A stretch of DNA of 64,000 bases, from NCBI RefSeq assembly GCF_000143415.4, contig NW_003314288.1:1302056-1366055 (forward strand), written 5' to 3'. This document shows positions 59,711 to 64,000 of the stretch, one piece after another. Within the stretch, counting starts at the first letter, position 1. Each line of letters begins with the position of its first letter. The notes below the pieces were generated by a model. The model had not been told where the DNA came from. It searched no databases and was given only the letters and a program-made list of their open reading frames with translations. The position numbers and the translations under genes were made by a program. The stretch comes from Selaginella moellendorffii (Eukaryota; Plantae; Lycopodiophyta).

Positions 59711-60269
59711 TCACAATTTCAATATACCAATAATGTATACTCCACCAAGCATAGCATGACTTCAAGTTGGATTTCTGGCCTTTAACTTTCTTGAAAACTT
59801 GGCATTCCACCCACTGATCCTACTCCTTAACATTGAAGTAAGGAAAAAAAGAAGAAAGAAAAGAAGGTTTGAATTGCCCATCATTCAATGTTACAGTGAT
59901 GTCCTTTTCAACCCATACTTCCCTTAGGATTTCCTCAAGATTATTACTTTAAAAGTTAAAGTGACAATATATTCAATAAGCTGATAATTAGGGAGTAGAA
60001 ACAACAACTGTCATTTCTAATATTGTTCACGATTGCAGGCTGATAGAAGCACAATTAGCATGCTTGAGATGTTAAGAAAGAGCACTGCCAGGATAGAAAA
60101 GAGATTCCCACAAGCATTTAATTCACTGTGACCACAGGAGTTTGGAAATAGCCATTTTTTCCAATATAATTTTTAAAGATAAGACAGTATGACAGTCTCG
60201 AGAAGAAAGCTTTGATCTTAACAAAGAAAACGACCTCAAACATACCGGGAAAGTGTTTTAGGGCTCTTG

Positions 60270-62252
60270 ATGGAGAATGCGAGGAGGGAGAGCGATCCTT
60301 CCTCGCAGTTCTTGGTGCTTCTTCGATCGTGCAGGGAATTGGAGCAGGCGCGGCGGCTCCACGCTCGGATCTTGGCCAGCGCTGAGTGCCGCCACGACAA
60401 GCTCCTCGCCAATTTCTGCGTGGAGATGTATGGCAAATGCGGGGGCGTGCGCGATGCCAGGTATGGTTTCGATGCTATCCAGGAGCCGAGGCTACTCCTG
60501 GAACATCTTGCTCCAGGCTTACGCTCACAACGGCCGCTTGGATCAGGCCCGGGAAACGTTCCACCGGATGCCCCGGAGGGATCTCACTGCCTGGAACGCA
60601 ATGATCACGGCGAGTTCTCGCGGCGGTAGCGTGGATGAGGCGAAGCCTCTGTTTGATTGCACGACGTCGTCTCGTGGACTGTCATGATCCAGGCGGTTGG
60701 TCGGAACGGGCATTGGAGGACGCAGGTAAGCTCTTCTCTTTGATGCCTGAGAGGAATGCGATCACTGAGACTACAATGATCCAAGCCTATGGCGAAAGCT
60801 CCCGCGTCCATGTAGCAGTTGGGATCTTCAACAAAATCCCAGAGAGCAACCTCTTGCCATGGACTTCCATGCTTGCTGCATATGCCCAGAACGGGCAGCT
60901 TGAAGAAGCTCGCGCGGTGTTTCACAACATGCCGGAGCACGATCTCGTCGCGTTCACCTCAATGCTCACAGTGCACATCCAGTCGGGGGATCTCGAGCAA
61001 GCCAAGGCCATCTTCGCCCGAATGCCCGACCAGGACATCATCTCCAAGACAGCGATGATCCAGGCCTTCTCGCAAAACGGCCAGCTCCGAGAGGTCGGCT
61101 CATCTTCGAGGAGATGCCCGTCCAGAACATCGTCTCGTGCACAGCTCTTCTCTCCTCGTATGCTCGGAGCGGCGATCTGGACCGAGCAAAACAGATGTTT
61201 GACAAGATGCCGCAGCGGGACGCCATTGCTGGACGTCTCTCGTCGCTGCCTACGCTCAGAGCAATCACTTGGAGGAGCCCAGGAGCTTGCTCGACCGCAT
61301 GCCAGTCCACAACTTGGTGCTCACCACGGCCAATACTCGCAGCTCGGGAGAATCGACGAGGCCGAGGTGGTGTTCGACAAAGTGGTGGTGAAAGACATCC
61401 TGGCCTGGAATACGATGTTGGCGGCTTACTCGCAGCATGGCTACATCGAAGAACTACGGAACACTTTCGACGCTATGCCGGAGAGGGATATCGTCTCGTG
61501 GAACATCGCAGTGGCGACAGCACGGGCACGTCGACGAAGCTCGAAAGCTCTTCTCCAGCGTGCCACAGTAGGACTGCGTTTCCTGGACGATCATGATCGC
61601 GGGCTATGCCCGGAACGGGTATATGAGACACTTTCGACGCCATGCCACCGGTGTCTTCCGAGGTCGTCTTCTCCAGCGCGATGTTCACTCTGGCCGAGAG
61701 CTTCTCCGACGCCATGGAGTTTTTCTACGCCATGAACGCCGAAGGATCACTCCAGTCACCTTCACGAGCGTGCTCGGCAGATGCAGCCACGCGGGATTGT
61801 TTTCTCGGGGACTCGGCTACTTCCGATCGATGGTCTTCGACTTCGACGTGGATCCTGTCCGCGAGCACTACAGCTGCGTGGTTGATATCCTCGGCCGGTC
61901 CGGACAGCTCGAAGAGGCCGAGGAGCTTCTGGGTTCTATCCCGTTTGAACTGGATGCTGCGAGCTGGGGGGCTCTTCTCGGTGGCTGTGGGATTCACCGC
62001 GACGTCCAGCGTGGAGAGCGAGCGGCAGAGAATGCACTCAAGCTGGATCCGAGCGAGGACGGCGATCGGATGCTCTTGGCCAACATCTATAAAGCTGTTG
62101 GTCGGACGCAGGACATGGTCAGGCTCAAAAACATCGTTCGGATGCTGAGAAGCCGGAAGCTCCAACTAGAACGAGAGCGTTCTCACAAGACAATGGAAAG
62201 CTTCCCTTACCAGCGTAAAGGCTCGACTGCGGGATCAACAGCCTCCTCGTGA
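60270..62252 (+). pseudogene. Pseudogene copy of PPR1
   Basis: Highly similar to 18649-20694, with upstream similarity starting at ~60197. It has many small deletions, frameshifts and TGG->TAG at ~61568. Confidence 0.95.
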
Positions 62253-63460
62253 CTTTACAACAAGTTTTCTGCTCAAAATTCTCCGGGACAACCTCTCCAT
62301 GCGCTGCTGCTTTCTCGGTGTACGTGCTGGAGAGAAGCTGATACATCGACTTGTTCTCGGGGTCCAGCTCCATGAGATGCTGCGCAGCCTGCGCAGCACG
62401 AGCTCAAGTAGCTCATCCAAGCAACAGGTCCTGGGAAGAATGGCATTTCGTCGGCATGATCCAGCTGCTTTGCTCGGCCCAGGACCTCCACCATGCAGCC
62501 GTAGTGATCGAGCTCTGGCCGCAGTCCATACTGGGTGATCATCGACACGAAGTGCTCGTGAGCTCTCCGCAGTTGCATCCTATCAGTAGACCCACGAAAG
62601 TGCTCTCGGTAGGCTTGGGTCCCTCGAGGTTGAGCTCCCGGAAGAGCTCCACGGCGGTCTTGTACGAGCCATTCTCGGCATAGCCAGCGATGAGCGTGTT
62701 CCAGGAGATGATATCAAACTCGGGCATCGTTGCGAAGAGCTCGCCAGCTGGAGAGATAGCCGGTGTTGCAAACGCAGTGATAATGGTGTTCCACGACGCG
62801 AGCTCCAGCTGTGGCATCATCTCGAAAGTCCTGCTGGCCTCCGCCAAGCGCCCTCTTTGGGCAACTGCTGCGAGTAAAGCGTTCCACGACACAACGTTCC
62901 GGCAAGACACAGATTCGAAGAAATGTGGCGCGTCCTCTGGGCTGGAGTTCACAGTGAATGCCTGGAGCATCAAATTCCATGAGAAATCGTTCATGACCGG
63001 CATGGTGTCGAAGATAGTGAACGCTTCGCGCAAATGCCAGTGATGGGCATATGCTGTGACCATGGCGTTCCCTACGATTGTGTCGTGGAGCATTCTCTGG
63101 AAGATCGCCTCTGCCTCAGCGATGTGCCCGGAGTGGGAGTAGTCCGCGACGATCGCAGTCCAGGAGATGACGTTCCTTGGCCACATTTGATCAAACAAGA
63201 GCTTGGCCGATTCCAGATCCCCAGACTGGGCATGTGTATGCTGACACAACTGCGTTCCAGGAGAAGGTATTGAGGCCATCAAAAACTGCCCTTGCCTCCT
63301 CCAAGCTCCCACAACAGGCATACATTGTGATGAGGAGATTGCCCAGGAATGTGTTGCTGTTGTGCTAGCTGGGATCCGTGAGTGGCAATCCTGCGCTTGC
63401 ACTAGGCTCCCAATCACTGCACACTGCGAAATTAACGTGACAAAGGCAGAAACATTAAGG
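62208..63460 (-). pseudogene. Pseudogene copy of PPR2
   Basis: Collinear with 20649-22095, with deletions and frameshifts. The 5' end is lost. Confidence 0.93.
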
Positions 63461-63699
63461 GTGGGAAAGTTTAGTGTGAAGCCATTGCCCAAACATCTGC
63501 ATATTTTCTTTTAAAAATTCCTTCATTATGAATAAACTCTTCATGTTTGGCAAAATGTTCTATTCATCTATTAAAGTTAATTTATATTTTATTATTATTA
63601 TTATTTTATTCCACTATGTTAGAGGACCCACCACATTGTAAGGAACCAACTCCCTATATCATATGCTAAAGAATCTGCAAAATCACAACTGAAACGATA

Positions 63700-64000
63700 A
63701 AAAATTTATTAAATGAGAGTGAGTTTGAAATTGAGTGCAATACTGACTCTGAGATTAAGGTTGAGTCCGAGATCAAATCCAAGACCAAATCCAAGTATTA
63801 ATATAAATCATGGGGTAAAAGCCTAAAGTGATTGTCAGAGGAGATGGTTAAGGGAAGGCGTAAGTGCATGAAGACTGAGATGAAACCTTCTTCGGAGATG
63901 AAGCCTTTGATTTATGGATAAGAAATCCCAACATAAGAAAAACTTTAGTGAGGAGTCTTCTAAATGTGAGTTTAGTGGCAAAGTGTGGTCATCCAAAGCT
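63700..64000 (+). mobile_element. Third, decayed piece of the hexamer-satellite LTR family (opposite orientation; runs off the right edge)
   Basis: gagtccgagatcaaatccaagacc hexamers and aaagcctaaagtgatt match the reverse complement of ~35800-35900. Confidence 0.5.

Noticed and set aside
1-64000. tRNA, rRNA or snoRNA genes
   Set aside because: None recognised by eye; the only tRNA-related sequences are retrotransposon primer-binding sites. A covariance-model scan was not possible.

Overview
Eukaryotic plant genomic DNA. The very short GT-AG introns (~50-70 nt), tiny intergenic gaps and PLS-class PPR genes built largely from 31-aa repeats point to a lycophyte, most likely Selaginella moellendorffii (inferred, not proven). 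There are two gene-dense islands. The first (1-11.2 kb) holds choline/ethanolamine kinase, an SNM1-type nuclease, COX6a, an extensin-PCC13-62 chimera and an EDR2-like gene. The second (18.6-32.9 kb) holds an overlapping convergent PPR pair, TFC-A, CPP1, an SLT1-like gene, chloroplast FBPase, ENH1, a PsbP-domain gene and an RRA arabinosyltransferase. AT-rich repeat blocks (11.3-18.6 kb and 33.4-64 kb) contain nested decayed LTR retrotransposons, captured gene fragments, a split RRA pseudogene carrying an inserted intact PPR, and a pseudogenised copy of the PPR pair. The best novelty candidates are: (i) an unrecognised intronless secreted-protein family with one intact gene (39951-40910) and two pseudogenes, one of which keeps the upstream G-box; (ii) a Cys-punctuated extensin fused to an apparently metal-site-less ferritin-like PCC13-62 domain; (iii) a uORF/near-cognate-start architecture in the SLT1-like leader; (iv) operon-like spacing of plastid genes. 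All family assignments come from motif recognition by eye, and no database searches were run.
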